Below the pieces are notes generated by a model. It was not told the DNA's origin. It saw only the letters and a program-made list of their open reading frames with translations, and searched no databases. Shown piece after piece: positions 24,359-34,001 of a stretch of 64,000 nt of DNA. The position numbers and the translations under genes were made by a program. Position 1 is the stretch's first letter, and the number at the start of each line of letters is the position of its first letter. The DNA comes from Halioglobus sp. (lineage in GTDB: Bacteria; Pseudomonadota; Gammaproteobacteria; Pseudomonadales; Halieaceae), in assembly GCA_036961345.1 (NCBI GenBank), contig JBALVT010000003.1, positions 6,139 to 70,138 on the forward strand. The letters are read 5' to 3'.

Positions 24359-25035
24359 GTATTGGACCGCCACAATCCCTGCGGATTACTTCGGTAAAGC
24401 AAGAATAGCAATACAATCGAAAACAACATTAACCCACCGGCAAGTCGATGTGCTTGAGCAAACTGCAGAGACTCCACCTGATCATAAAGTGCAATGGATA
24501 GCACGCGTGTTTCTCCGGGTATATTTCCTCCGATCATGAGCACAACACCAAATTCGCCGATGGTATGGGCAAAGCCCAAACTGGCTGCGGTGATAAAACT
24601 ACGTTTGCACAGGGGTAAAACAACCGTTCGAAACTGATCTATGGGCGTAGCGCCAAGTGTCGCTGCAGCCTGCAATAGGTGTGCCGGAACCTGCGCAAAT
24701 GCACTTTGTAGCGGTTGGACAACAAAGGGTAAAGAATAGATGAACGAGCCTATGACGAGGGCGTTAAAGCTAAATGCCAATTGTGAGCCGGTGAGCTGTT
24801 GCCAGAGTTGGCCGATTATCGTGTGCGGCGCGAACATCAGAAGCAGGTAAAACCCCAGCACTGTCGGAGGCAGGATCAGGGGTAAGGCAACCAGGGATTC
24901 AATAAATGCACTTAAGTTGGTTCTTCTCCGAGAAAGCCACCAGGCAAGCGGTGTTCCAACGGCGAGTAGAAATACCAGTGTGACCGCTGCCAGTCGTAAT
25001 GTTAGCCAAATGGCCTGAACCTCCGCTGGTGTCAC
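24355..25035 (-). CDS. modB: Molybdate ABC transporter permease
   Basis: Multi-TM permease lying between modA and modC. GTG start in a GTGA overlap with the modA stop. Confidence 0.9.
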   Translation of the reverse strand: MTPAEVQAIWLTLRLAAVTLVFLLAVGTPLAWWLSRRRTNLSAFIESLVALPLILPPTVLGFYLLLMFAPHTIIGQLWQQLTGSQLAFSFNALVIGSFIYSLPFVVQPLQSAFAQVPAHLLQAAATLGATPIDQFRTVVLPLCKRSFITAASLGFAHTIGEFGVVLMIGGNIPGETRVLSIALYDQVESLQFAQAHRLAGGLMLFSIVLLFLLYRSNPQGLWRSNT

Positions 25036-25739
25036 TGGCAGGGCCCATAGCCGGAGTCGGCTATCAAGGCTCGAACATGGCTACTCTTTAGGAACGCTAC
25101 ATATTCCAGCGCGGCAGGTTTTTCTTTCGCTGGGGTTAACAGCAGGGCTTGCTGTTCGATCGGGGTATACCAGTCCTGGGGGATTACTATTCCCTGGCCT
25201 GGAGTTAAAGACTGGGCGACCAGGCTCATATCCACCGATCCGGTCACCAAATACTGGTAGGCATGCACCACGTTGTTTGCTTGAACTAATGTGCGGTCTT
25301 TTCCCGAGGCAAACTCTTTTCTGTGGATGACTTGCTGCGCTGCTTTGCCATAGGGGGCAGTCCGCGGATTGGCCATCGCCAGGCTGAGTTTGCTATCGCC
25401 AAGATCCTTGAGTGAGCCAGTGCCGCCGGTGAGAATTAGTTGCCCGCGGGCGTAACAAAACCTTTGCCCTGCTACGCCATAGCCCTGGGTCTGCAACAGT
25501 GAGGGAGAATGGCTATCTGCCGAGAGGAAAATGTCGAATGGCGCCCCGTGTGTTATTTGACTGTGCAGAACTCCGGTAGAAGCACTGCTGAGGTTCACCC
25601 GGTGCCCTGTTTGTACCTCAAAAACTTCACTGATTGATGTAGCGGTTTGTTTGAAATTTGCCGCGACTGCTACCGTCACTTCGCCGGCGAGGGTGGGCGG
25701 TGCCAAAAACAATAAAAATATGAAAATAAGGCCGTGCAT
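25032..25739 (-). CDS. modA: Molybdate-binding periplasmic protein
   Basis: Signal peptide followed by VAVAANF..SASTGVL, a ModA-like pattern. Operon context. Confidence 0.88.
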   Translation of the reverse strand: MHGLIFIFLLFLAPPTLAGEVTVAVAANFKQTATSISEVFEVQTGHRVNLSSASTGVLHSQITHGAPFDIFLSADSHSPSLLQTQGYGVAGQRFCYARGQLILTGGTGSLKDLGDSKLSLAMANPRTAPYGKAAQQVIHRKEFASGKDRTLVQANNVVHAYQYLVTGSVDMSLVAQSLTPGQGIVIPQDWYTPIEQQALLLTPAKEKPAALEYVAFLKSSHVRALIADSGYGPCQ

Positions 25740-25796
25740 GCCGGGTGCTCCTGGGTCAGCATGCGCAGTATGAGCGATGGCGAGTTTAAATGCATG

Positions 25797-26516
25797 TCAG
25801 ATCGCCGGGGCGGGAGTTCTTGCGAGACACCATACCTCAACAGAGCTCGCACCCGCTCCAAGCAGTGCGCTCGCAAGTTCGGCTGCGGTGCTTCCTGTGG
25901 TCATGACGTCGTCCACTATTGCTATTTTGCGGCCCCGGCAGGGTAAGCGGATATTAAACGCGCCGATCAGGTTGCGCTCCCTGGCAGTTACCTTGAGGGC
26001 GGCTTGTGACCTGGTAATACGGCTGCGGCGTGCAAGGTTAGTCTTCAGCGTTACGTTTTTAAGGTCGGGGCATTGGGCACGCAATTGATGACATAGAAGC
26101 TCACTTTGGTTAAACCCGCGCTGACACAGGCGCAACCAATGCAGCGGCACGGGTACGATCATGTCGACTGCTGCGCTGGCCGGAAATCGTTCTAACCAGA
26201 GCATCGCCAATAGCGGGGTCAAACGCCGTTCCTTGTTGAATTTCCAGCGGTGTATCAGGTAGGCCATTTGTTCGTCGTATACCCAGGGTGCTATGACCCG
26301 ACTGTAAGGAGGCTTCTCGATGACGCAGTTAGCACAGATTCTTGCCGGCGCATCTGTGGCAGCATGAGTCAGTGGCAGGGCGCAGCCGGTGCAGCAGATC
26401 GTATTCGGTGTCAGCCCGGACAGGCACTGGGGACAAACAGGGTAGCCATTACTGCAACGCGTACTGCACAGGATGCAATTATTAGGGAAAATGGCGTCCA
26501 AAATTCTGTTAACCAT
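25797..26516 (-). CDS. comF: ComF/GntX family phosphoribosyltransferase-domain protein
   Basis: N-terminal Cys4 zinc motifs (CILCS..CPQC..CTGC). C-terminal PRTase loop IAIVDDVMTTGST. Divergent from bioB as in pseudomonads. Confidence 0.8.
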   Translation of the reverse strand: MVNRILDAIFPNNCILCSTRCSNGYPVCPQCLSGLTPNTICCTGCALPLTHAATDAPARICANCVIEKPPYSRVIAPWVYDEQMAYLIHRWKFNKERRLTPLLAMLWLERFPASAAVDMIVPVPLHWLRLCQRGFNQSELLCHQLRAQCPDLKNVTLKTNLARRSRITRSQAALKVTARERNLIGAFNIRLPCRGRKIAIVDDVMTTGSTAAELASALLGAGASSVEVWCLARTPAPAI

Positions 26517-26531
26517 GATGACTGCAAAAGG

Positions 26532-26559
26532 TTGACAGCTTGGACGGCGAGGTTATCAT
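26532..26559 (+). promoter_or_regulatory. Candidate sigma70 promoter for bioB (TTGACA-16 nt-TATCAT)
   Basis: Consensus -35 at 26532-26537 and a near-consensus -10 at 26554-26559. It lies inside the ORF-track 5' extension of bioB, which argues for the ATG 26594 start. Confidence 0.4.
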
Positions 26560-26593
26560 GGCGTCTCGCTTAAAAAATGTACAGGTTAGAGTC

Positions 26594-27658
26594 ATGAAAC
26601 ACGGTTCCTCTTCGTTAAGTCACGCTGAATTTTCCCCTGGGCAGGCCGAGATACGTCACGACTGGTCTCGGGGAGAAATCGATGCCCTGTTCGCTCTGCC
26701 CTTTAACGATTTACTGTTTCAGGCTCAAACAATGCATCGTAAGTATTTTGACCCGAATCAGGTACAAGTGAGCACATTACTTTCAATCAAAACCGGCGCC
26801 TGCCCGGAAGACTGCGCCTATTGCCCGCAGAGCAATCGCTACGACACCGGCCTTGAGACCGAGAAATTGATGGAGGTTGAGAAGGTGCTGGAGCAGGCGA
26901 GGGCCGCCAAAAACTCTGGAGCCAGTCGTTTTTGCATGGGCGCTGCCTGGCGATCGCCCAAGCAACGCGATATGCCTTACGTGGTAGCCATGGTTAAGGG
27001 TGTTAAAGAGCTGGGTCTTGAAAGCTGTATGACTCTGGGCATGCTCACAGGTAATCAGGCCGAAGAACTTGCCGATGCGGGCCTCGACTACTACAACCAC
27101 AATCTGGATACCTCGCCAGAGTATTACGGCGATATAATTACCACGAGAACTTATAAAGATCGCCTGGATACATTAGGCCATGTGCGTGATGCCGGAATGA
27201 AGGTGTGCAGTGGCGGTATCGTGGGCATGGGTGAACAGCAAAGTGATCGTGCTGGCTTGTTGCAGCAACTGGTGAATTTGCCCGAGCACCCCGACAGCGT
27301 GCCCATTAACATGCTCGTTCGGGTGGAGGGCACGCCTTTGAGCGAAGCAGCTGATCTGGATCCTTTTGATTTTCTCAGGATGATTGCGGTCGCCAGAATT
27401 TTGATGCCTGCCTCACATGTTCGTCTTTCCGCCGGCCGCGAGGAAATGAACGAGCAGATGCACGCACTGGCCTATTTTGCCGGTGCCAATTCAATCTTCT
27501 ATGGTGAAAAATTGCTGACCACGCCGAATCCACAGGCCAACTCGGATATGGAACTGTTTGGCCGTCTGGGCATATCTCCAGAGCAGCGTCACGTGGAGGC
27601 GGCTCCGCAAAATCCAACACCGCAGTTTTATGACGCTGCCGCACATTCCACCCACTAG
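26594..27658 (+). CDS. bioB: Biotin synthase (radical SAM)
   Basis: The [11 protein letters not shown] radical SAM motif. [22 protein letters not shown] matches the typical BioB N-terminus. Confidence 0.93.
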   Translation: MKHGSSSLSHAEFSPGQAEIRHDWSRGEIDALFALPFNDLLFQAQTMHRKYFDPNQVQVSTLLSIKTGACPEDCAYCPQSNRYDTGLETEKLMEVEKVLEQARAAKNSGASRFCMGAAWRSPKQRDMPYVVAMVKGVKELGLESCMTLGMLTGNQAEELADAGLDYYNHNLDTSPEYYGDIITTRTYKDRLDTLGHVRDAGMKVCSGGIVGMGEQQSDRAGLLQQLVNLPEHPDSVPINMLVRVEGTPLSEAADLDPFDFLRMIAVARILMPASHVRLSAGREEMNEQMHALAYFAGANSIFYGEKLLTTPNPQANSDMELFGRLGISPEQRHVEAAPQNPTPQFYDAAAHSTH

Positions 27659-28150
27659 CACTAGTGCACAAATAGGCGGGATTTTCTGTGCGCCTACAGG
27701 GTGCTTAAACAGCACCCCGCATCATCATTTGTAAGAGGCGCTTGCTGGATTTGCCGGTAGGCTCCGGGCCTCTGTTGGTTCTCCAGACTCCATCTTTTTG
27801 GATATTCCCGCGGAGCTGAATAGAGCCGATACAGTAGAATTCTTTAGTCGGCCTCCCACCGGCTATGACCGACTATTACTTGTACCTCCATTGGGCGTAA
27901 TGCCGTCTTTGATCCTCAGTTTTCCAAGACTGCCTGCTATAAAGGGCTTAAGTAGATAGTAAGTACTCACTTATTATGGATTCCTGGGGCCACATATAAC
28001 TTTAAGGACCCCGGTTCTCCAGTTTATGATCGAAAAGATATTTGACTTTGGGTCGTTTTCCCGCAAAATGTATTCACTGAACACATAGACATTTCCATAC
28101 GCTGCCAAATGGTAGCTCGTGGCGGTCAGGACCATCCAGAGGTTAGAACT

Positions 28151-29944
28151 ATGCCCCATTATAAAGCGCCACTTCGCGATATCAGTTTCGTTATGAACGA
28201 GCTTCTGCAATCCGAAAAACTCTATCAGACTCTGCCCGGCAATGAAGAAGCCACCGAGGATTTGATGAATGCCATTGTCGAGGAAGGAGCGAAGTTTAGT
28301 GAAAATGTACTGGCTCCCCTCAATCAGTCAGGCGATGAGGAAGGCTGCAAGTGGAGTGAAGATGGTGTGAAAACCCCCGAGGGTTTTGCCGCGGCATACC
28401 AGCAGTATGTGGAGGGTGGCTGGCCCGCTCTTTCGGCTGAAATTGAACACGGCGGTCAGGGTATGCCCGGACTACTCGGCATCATTATGACCGAGCTGAC
28501 GGGCACCGCAAACTGGTCCTGGGGCATGTATCCGGGTCTCAGCCACGGTGCTATTCGAACTGTTGAAGAGCATGGAAGTGACGAACAAAAATCCCAGTAC
28601 CTGACAAAGCTCATCGACGGTAATTGGACCGGCACCATGTGTCTTACCGAAGCTCAATGCGGAACTGACCTCGGACTGCTTCGCACCAAGGCAGAGCCGC
28701 GTGCTGATGGTAGTTACGCTATCACGGGCACCAAGATATTTATCAGTGCCGGCGAGCACGACATGGCTGAGAACATTGTTCATATTGTATTGGCCAGGCT
28801 GCCGGATGCCCCAGAGGGAACCAAAGGTATCTCTTTGTTTATTGTGCCAAAGTTTATGCCCAATTCTGACGGCAGTGCGGGCGAGCGCAATGAGGTGCAA
28901 TGTGCTTCTATCGAACACAAAATGGGTATTAAAGGTTCAGCAACTTGTGTCATGAACTTCGACGAGGCTAATGGGTATCTGATCGGCGAACCCAACAAGG
29001 GCCTGGCCTGTATGTTTACCTTCATGAACACTGCTCGCCTTGGTACTGCGGTACAGGGGCTTGCTCATGGAGAGCTTTCTTATCAGGGCGCCCTGGAATA
29101 TGCCAGAGACCGGCTGGCCATGCGCAGTCTCACGGGCCCGAAAAATCCTGATGGTCCTGCGGATCCGATTATCGTTCATCCAGATGTTCGACGTATGCTG
29201 CTTACGCAAAAAGCGTTTGCCGAGGGCAGCCGTGCCTTTATTTATTTTCTCGCGCAGCTCGGTGATGTTGTCGAGGCGGGTTCAGAGGAGGATTCGAAGC
29301 ATGCCGATGACCTGATGGCCTTTTTAACGCCAATCGCGAAGGCTTTCGTGACCGAAACTGGTTACGAGTCGGCAAACCTCGGCGTGCAGGTGTTTGGCGG
29401 TCACGGTTTTATTAGTGAATGGGGTATGGAGCAGATTGTGCGGGATGGCAGAATTTCCATGCTCTATGAGGGAACGACCGGTATCCAGGCTATGGATCTG
29501 ATCGGCCGCAAGGTATTGGGAAGTGGCGGCAAATTGCTTTTGAGCTTCACCGGTTACATCGATGAACTTTGTGAGCAAAACGCGGGAGAAGAAAACGCTG
29601 AATTTGTTGACGTTTTGAAAGCCTATAAAGATGAATGGCTGGAACTGTCTATGAAGATTGGTGAAGCCGCCATGGAGAATCCGGATGCAGCGGGTTCAGC
29701 TGCGGTGGACTACATAATGTATAGCGGTTATGTCACGCTTGCCTATTTCTGGGCTCGTATGGCAGTTCTAGCCAAGGCGAAAATTGCTGAGGCAGACGGC
29801 GACGTGTCGTTCTATGAAGCGAAGTTAATGACGGCGCGTTTTTACTTTGAACGGTTGCTGCCGCGTACCCTGTCTCTGAAGCAGACTATGCTGTCAAATC
29901 CTGACAATCTAATGGCGATGCCAGAGGCCATGTTCGACTTCTAA
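28151..29944 (+). CDS. Large (about 600 aa) acyl-CoA dehydrogenase with C-terminal extension domain
   Basis: MPHYKAPLRDISFVMNELL start. ACAD motifs (TMCLTEAQCGTDL, YEGTTGIQAMDL). ATG 28151 is preferred over 28109. Confidence 0.9.
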   Translation: MPHYKAPLRDISFVMNELLQSEKLYQTLPGNEEATEDLMNAIVEEGAKFSENVLAPLNQSGDEEGCKWSEDGVKTPEGFAAAYQQYVEGGWPALSAEIEHGGQGMPGLLGIIMTELTGTANWSWGMYPGLSHGAIRTVEEHGSDEQKSQYLTKLIDGNWTGTMCLTEAQCGTDLGLLRTKAEPRADGSYAITGTKIFISAGEHDMAENIVHIVLARLPDAPEGTKGISLFIVPKFMPNSDGSAGERNEVQCASIEHKMGIKGSATCVMNFDEANGYLIGEPNKGLACMFTFMNTARLGTAVQGLAHGELSYQGALEYARDRLAMRSLTGPKNPDGPADPIIVHPDVRRMLLTQKAFAEGSRAFIYFLAQLGDVVEAGSEEDSKHADDLMAFLTPIAKAFVTETGYESANLGVQVFGGHGFISEWGMEQIVRDGRISMLYEGTTGIQAMDLIGRKVLGSGGKLLLSFTGYIDELCEQNAGEENAEFVDVLKAYKDEWLELSMKIGEAAMENPDAAGSAAVDYIMYSGYVTLAYFWARMAVLAKAKIAEADGDVSFYEAKLMTARFYFERLLPRTLSLKQTMLSNPDNLMAMPEAMFDF

Positions 29945-29966
29945 GCTGGGGTGTTATAGATGGAAA

Positions 29967-29995
29967 GTTACGCATTTGCGTGACTTTCCTTTCTC
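29967..29995 (+). terminator. Rho-independent terminator after the acyl-CoA dehydrogenase
   Basis: GTTACGCA/TGCGTGAC stem (one G-U pair, short loop) followed by the T-rich run TTTCCTTTCTC. Confidence 0.5.
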
Positions 29996-30038
29996 AAGCG
30001 AAGAAAATGTGGTTCTACTTCTAACTGGCTTCACCGTC

Positions 30039-30254
30039 ATGACCAACTCCGACTCTGAAAATCAAGAATCCGGTTCCGGCAGCCGTCTTTATGCCGACGA
30101 TCAAGCCAAGGTAGATGCTTTTACCAAGCGCGGTGTTAATTCGGTTGATCGCAAGCCATTCCGGCCCTTTCGATTGCTGCTCATCTTGATAGCAGTGGTT
30201 TTTACACTCAGTATTTTCAGTCAATTTTTGGCCCGTTGGGCCGGTGTTTACTAA
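30039..30254 (+). CDS. Small single-pass membrane protein (possibly DUF3094-like)
   Basis: 71 aa. Hydrophilic N-terminus, RKPFRPFR, then the [21 protein letters not shown]. The family guess is from memory only. Confidence 0.5.
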   Translation: MTNSDSENQESGSGSRLYADDQAKVDAFTKRGVNSVDRKPFRPFRLLLILIAVVFTLSIFSQFLARWAGVY

Positions 30255-30287
30255 TCGACCAGCACTGAATTTGGCCGACAGCCGATA

Positions 30288-30316
30288 TTGGTTAGGTACT
30301 TTCAATTTGATATAGT
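30288..30316 (+). promoter_or_regulatory. Candidate sigma70 promoter for tRNA-Pro (TTGGTT-17 nt-TATAGT)
   Basis: The -10 ends 17 nt before the mature tRNA 5' end. Pattern match only. Confidence 0.4.
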
Positions 30317-30333
30317 GATCACATCCGTTGCAT

Positions 30334-30410
<77 letters not shown>

Positions 30411-30474
30411 ATAATAGCCGGTGCTTACCGGTCAAATTAGGTGACAGATCACCCCGAAACACCACCCACCAGAG

Positions 30475-30501
30475 AAATAGAAATAAAGTTTCTTTCTATT
30501 T
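30475..30501. promoter_or_regulatory. Perfect 9-bp AT-rich inverted repeat (AAATAGAAA-N9-TTTCTATTT) upstream of the quinohemoprotein gene
   Basis: Read directly from the sequence. It lies 57 nt upstream of ATG 30558. It could be an operator or a weak tRNA terminator. Confidence 0.25.
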
Positions 30502-30557
30502 GCATGGATCCCCTTTACCTTTTAGTGAATGTGGTTTCATTAGGGTAGGGATACTGA

Positions 30558-32471
30558 ATGAAAAATCTGGTTTGTGCACTTGCCGCCATACTTCTATCCG
30601 CTGGGCTACTCGGCGCCTGTAGCAATCGCGCACGAGATGGTGATGTCGTAAATCCACCAACTGATTCCATTATGACAATCGTAGCTGCACGCGGCGACGG
30701 TGACGGAGCAGAGGCCGTTTTTCGTGAGCACTGTGCTTCCTGCCATATGGGAAATAGTCGCAGTAGCCACAGCCCAAGCGTTTGGCATTTGTCCAGCATG
30801 CCACCGCGTTCGATTCTGGCTGCCATGCAATCGGGGAAAATGCGTGAGCAGGCCGCAGCTTTAACACAGTCGCAGAAAGTTAGCGTCGCTACCTGGCTTA
30901 CCGGTGTGGTCCCCGGTGAAGAAGATATTCCAAAGTCTGCCTATTGTGCGTCTAAACGCGGCAATCCGGATTCTACGATCTACTCTTCAGGGTGGGGTGG
31001 TAATGCCCCGGCAACTGGGTACTACCAGGCTTCGCAGACCTCGATTTCAGGTGAGACGGTGTCTGGTCTTCGGCTCGACTGGGTGTTTGCAGTTCCCGGT
31101 TCCGGCGAGATGCGTTCCAAGCCTGCTGTGGTGGGAGATCGTCTCTTCTTTGGCAGTGAATTTGGTGGGGTCTATGCCATTGATCGCCAAACTGGTTGTA
31201 CACACTGGGTTTACAAGGCCAATGCTGCTATACGCGGTGCATTAAATGTTCAGGTTGATGACGAGGGTAGTCTGCGCATCTTTTTCGCAGATATGCGGGG
31301 CACGGTCCATGCGCTAGACGGCCAGACCGGAGAAGCTTTGTGGACACACGATGCAGCCTCACATTATCAGGCAAACGTTACCGGCTCAGTGGCCTATCAC
31401 AACAATCGATTGTTTGTTCCTTTCTCCAGCACAGAAATCGCATCTACCCGCGACGGCGCCTATGAATGTTGCCATACCTCTGGCGAGGTTGTGGCGTTGG
31501 ATGCAAAAGAAGGGGCGGTGATATGGCGGTTCCGCACGATAGAGGAACCGGCTGCGGAGTATGGCAAAAACAACGGCGGTGCGCCGAGTTTTGGGCCTTC
31601 GGGCGCGCCAGTCTGGTCCAGTCCTACGGTGGATGCCAAGCGTGGCCTCATCTATTTTGGGACGGGAGAGAACTTTACGCGCCCTGCCACTAAAACCAGC
31701 GACGCCATCTTTGCCCTTGAGATGAGTACTGGCGCAGTGGCCTGGAGCTATCAGGCCACCGCAAATGATGTGTGGAATCTGGATTGCGGCACGGATAACA
31801 ATACCCACTGCCCCGATGCTGGTCCCGATCTGGATTTCGGCATGGCCCCCATGTTGGTGACTCGTCCCGATGGTCGCGACGTTTTAATTGTGGGGCAAAA
31901 GTCGGGATCGGTGCATGCGCTTGATCCGGATCAGCACGGGCAGTTACTGTGGAGCACGCGAGTGGGTCGTGGTGGTGCTTTGGGCGGAATTCATTGGGGT
32001 ATGTCGTCCGACGGTAAGCTTGCGTATGCGCCCCTCGCTGATTTTCCCGCTCTGGTGGTCGTCGAACAAGTGCCTTTTCATCCATCAAGCCCCGGTGTTG
32101 CGGCATTGGATGTGAGCACCGGAGAATTGGTTTGGCGCCACGACAACCCGGCTCCTGCTTGTGTAGAAGATGACTTCAGTTGTCTGACGGGTAACTCTGC
32201 AGCGACCACTGCGGTTCCCGGTGCTGTGTTTACTGGCTCGATGGACGGAATGATCAGGGCGATCTCTACCCGCGATGGCTCCAGGTTATGGGAGTTCGAC
32301 ACTGCTCGCGAGTTTGCTACAGTCAATATGGTCAAGGGGCATGGAGGCTCAGTAGAAGGGCCGGGCCCGGTTGTAGCGAACGACAGTCTCTATGTTCTTT
32401 CAGGTTACACAACCAACTTGGGTAACGCCGGTAATCTGCTGCTGGCCTTTAAACTCGATAGCGCTCGATAG
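30558..32471 (+). CDS. Lipoprotein quinohemoprotein: N-terminal c-type cytochrome domain fused to a PQQ-type beta-propeller (polyvinyl-alcohol-dehydrogenase-like architecture)
   Basis: Lipobox LLGAC. Heme motif CASCH with downstream Met candidates. Repeated W-containing propeller blades (WVFAVPG, WVYKAN, WTHDA, WRFRT, WSYQA, WRHDN, WEFDT). Confidence 0.8.
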   Translation: MKNLVCALAAILLSAGLLGACSNRARDGDVVNPPTDSIMTIVAARGDGDGAEAVFREHCASCHMGNSRSSHSPSVWHLSSMPPRSILAAMQSGKMREQAAALTQSQKVSVATWLTGVVPGEEDIPKSAYCASKRGNPDSTIYSSGWGGNAPATGYYQASQTSISGETVSGLRLDWVFAVPGSGEMRSKPAVVGDRLFFGSEFGGVYAIDRQTGCTHWVYKANAAIRGALNVQVDDEGSLRIFFADMRGTVHALDGQTGEALWTHDAASHYQANVTGSVAYHNNRLFVPFSSTEIASTRDGAYECCHTSGEVVALDAKEGAVIWRFRTIEEPAAEYGKNNGGAPSFGPSGAPVWSSPTVDAKRGLIYFGTGENFTRPATKTSDAIFALEMSTGAVAWSYQATANDVWNLDCGTDNNTHCPDAGPDLDFGMAPMLVTRPDGRDVLIVGQKSGSVHALDPDQHGQLLWSTRVGRGGALGGIHWGMSSDGKLAYAPLADFPALVVVEQVPFHPSSPGVAALDVSTGELVWRHDNPAPACVEDDFSCLTGNSAATTAVPGAVFTGSMDGMIRAISTRDGSRLWEFDTAREFATVNMVKGHGGSVEGPGPVVANDSLYVLSGYTTNLGNAGNLLLAFKLDSAR

Positions 32472-32592
32472 CGAATAGGAATACACAGAGTTTTATAATG
32501 TGGATATTAGAGGGGCTGAAGCAACGCTAGATCTGTAGGGCTACAGCTGGTTATAGGGTTATTGCGTGGGGCATATTGCAGCTTGTCCAAAA

Positions 32593-33876
32593 TCACCCCA
32601 ATCGATCACGCAAACTATAAAACAGCATACCGGCAACTAAACCCGGCCATCTTAGCAAAGTGCCGCCGGGAAATTGCGACGTGGGAACGTTAGCCATCAC
32701 ATCAAACCGTTCGGCTGTGCCGCTGATGACCTCTGCCAACAATTTCCCCGCCAGTGTCGCGGTGGGTACACCGTGGCCAGAAAAACCATGTGCATAGAAT
32801 ATTTTGGATGAAAGCTGGCCAAAGTCCGGCATTCGATTCATGGTGATCGCCAGAGTGCCACCCCAGCCGTAGTCGATAGGCGTAGACACTAGTTCCGGAT
32901 ATATGCGCAGCATATATTTTTGCACGAATCGGCCAATATCGGCGGGAAAGCGTCGGGAGTAGTTCTCGCCACCGCCAAAAAATAATCGATGGTCTTCGGA
33001 AAGCTTCCAATAGTTGATTACAAATAACGAATCTGACATGGACGTGTCATCCCTGATCAGTTTTCGCGCGACCGATTCGGGTAGTGGTGCAGTTGCCAGC
33101 ATATAATTGTTGATTGGCATGATCTTGCCGGCAGTCCTGGGCTCAAGTTTCTCAAGGTAGCCGTTGCAGCCGAGCACTAAATAGCGTGCCTTTACTTGGC
33201 CCAGACTGGTTTTTACCGTTACCTGATCAGCCTCTGAATAAGATAAAACCTGGCTGTGTTCGAAAATTTCAGCGCCTAGATCGGCCGCGGCGCGGGCCAG
33301 ACCTACGGCGTATTTTAGAGGGTGTAGATGCCTGGCGCCGGTGTCGAGAACGCCGCCGTGAAATCCCTGCCCGCTGGTTAGATGGCCAATATTTTCAGGT
33401 TCTATATAGCTAAGATGTTGATAGTTATAATTTTTTTGTAAGTGTTCAACTTCTTCACGCTGGTCGGCTATCTCACTGGCCTTGGAAGCTACATGCAGGT
33501 TCCCCTGTTTGAGCTCGCACTCGATATTGAAGCGGGTGATTAGATCCTCAACCAGGTCGACAGCCTCCAGCCCGAGTTTCCACAGCGCCTGCGCCTGCTC
33601 CATCCCCACCATTTTTTCGAGCTGGTGCTGGTCTGCTCTTTGTCCTGTTCCGACATGACCGCCGTTGCGGCCAGATGCGCCCCAGCCCACACGATTGGCC
33701 TCCAACACGATGACGCTGTAGCCAAGTTCTCGCAAATGGATCGCACTGCTAAGCCCGGTATAGCCACCGCCGATGATGCAGACATCGGCACTATGCTCTC
33801 CCCTCAGGGGAGGAAACTGCAGCGTGATATCGGCCGACTTGGCGTACCACGAGTTAATATGTTCCTGATTTTGCAT
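32593..33876 (-). CDS. FAD-dependent oxidoreductase (gamma-glutamylpolyamine oxidase PuuB/PauB-like)
   Basis: DVCIIGGGYTGLSSA dinucleotide fold; 427 aa. Divergent from a glutamine-synthetase-like gene. Confidence 0.82.
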   Translation of the reverse strand: MQNQEHINSWYAKSADITLQFPPLRGEHSADVCIIGGGYTGLSSAIHLRELGYSVIVLEANRVGWGASGRNGGHVGTGQRADQHQLEKMVGMEQAQALWKLGLEAVDLVEDLITRFNIECELKQGNLHVASKASEIADQREEVEHLQKNYNYQHLSYIEPENIGHLTSGQGFHGGVLDTGARHLHPLKYAVGLARAAADLGAEIFEHSQVLSYSEADQVTVKTSLGQVKARYLVLGCNGYLEKLEPRTAGKIMPINNYMLATAPLPESVARKLIRDDTSMSDSLFVINYWKLSEDHRLFFGGGENYSRRFPADIGRFVQKYMLRIYPELVSTPIDYGWGGTLAITMNRMPDFGQLSSKIFYAHGFSGHGVPTATLAGKLLAEVISGTAERFDVMANVPTSQFPGGTLLRWPGLVAGMLFYSLRDRLG

Positions 33877-34001
33877 GTTGCTACTATACCTTTACCTGGT
33901 CTTATCCAGGCATACCACCATAGGGTTAGAGCACTGAAAAAGCCTTGAATCAGTGTTCAAAGTACTGCGATACTCGGGTCTTTAGGCTCTATGGAAGACT
34001 T

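Noticed and set aside
25740-25796. ModE-type molybdate operator upstream of modA.
   Set aside because: I saw no TATAT-N7-TAYAT-like dyad. There is only a loose CGAT...ATCG symmetry, so support is insufficient.
26540-26593. Upstream-extended start codons offered by the ORF track: bioB 26540, rpmE 1703, acyl-CoA dehydrogenase 28109, cysE 20765, GS-like 33945, mtnA 36167, small membrane protein 29976, batA 46637, modC 24373 and DUF3570 57766.
   Set aside because: The conserved family N-termini begin at internal start codons. Several extensions overlap an upstream gene, a predicted promoter (bioB) or a terminator hairpin (29967-29995).
27974-28210. 78-aa minus-strand ORF in the bioB/acyl-CoA dehydrogenase spacer.
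   Set aside because: It overlaps the dehydrogenase start and has no RBS. Its composition is odd (MQKLVHNETDIAKWRFIMGHSS...). It is most likely chance in an AT-rich promoter region.
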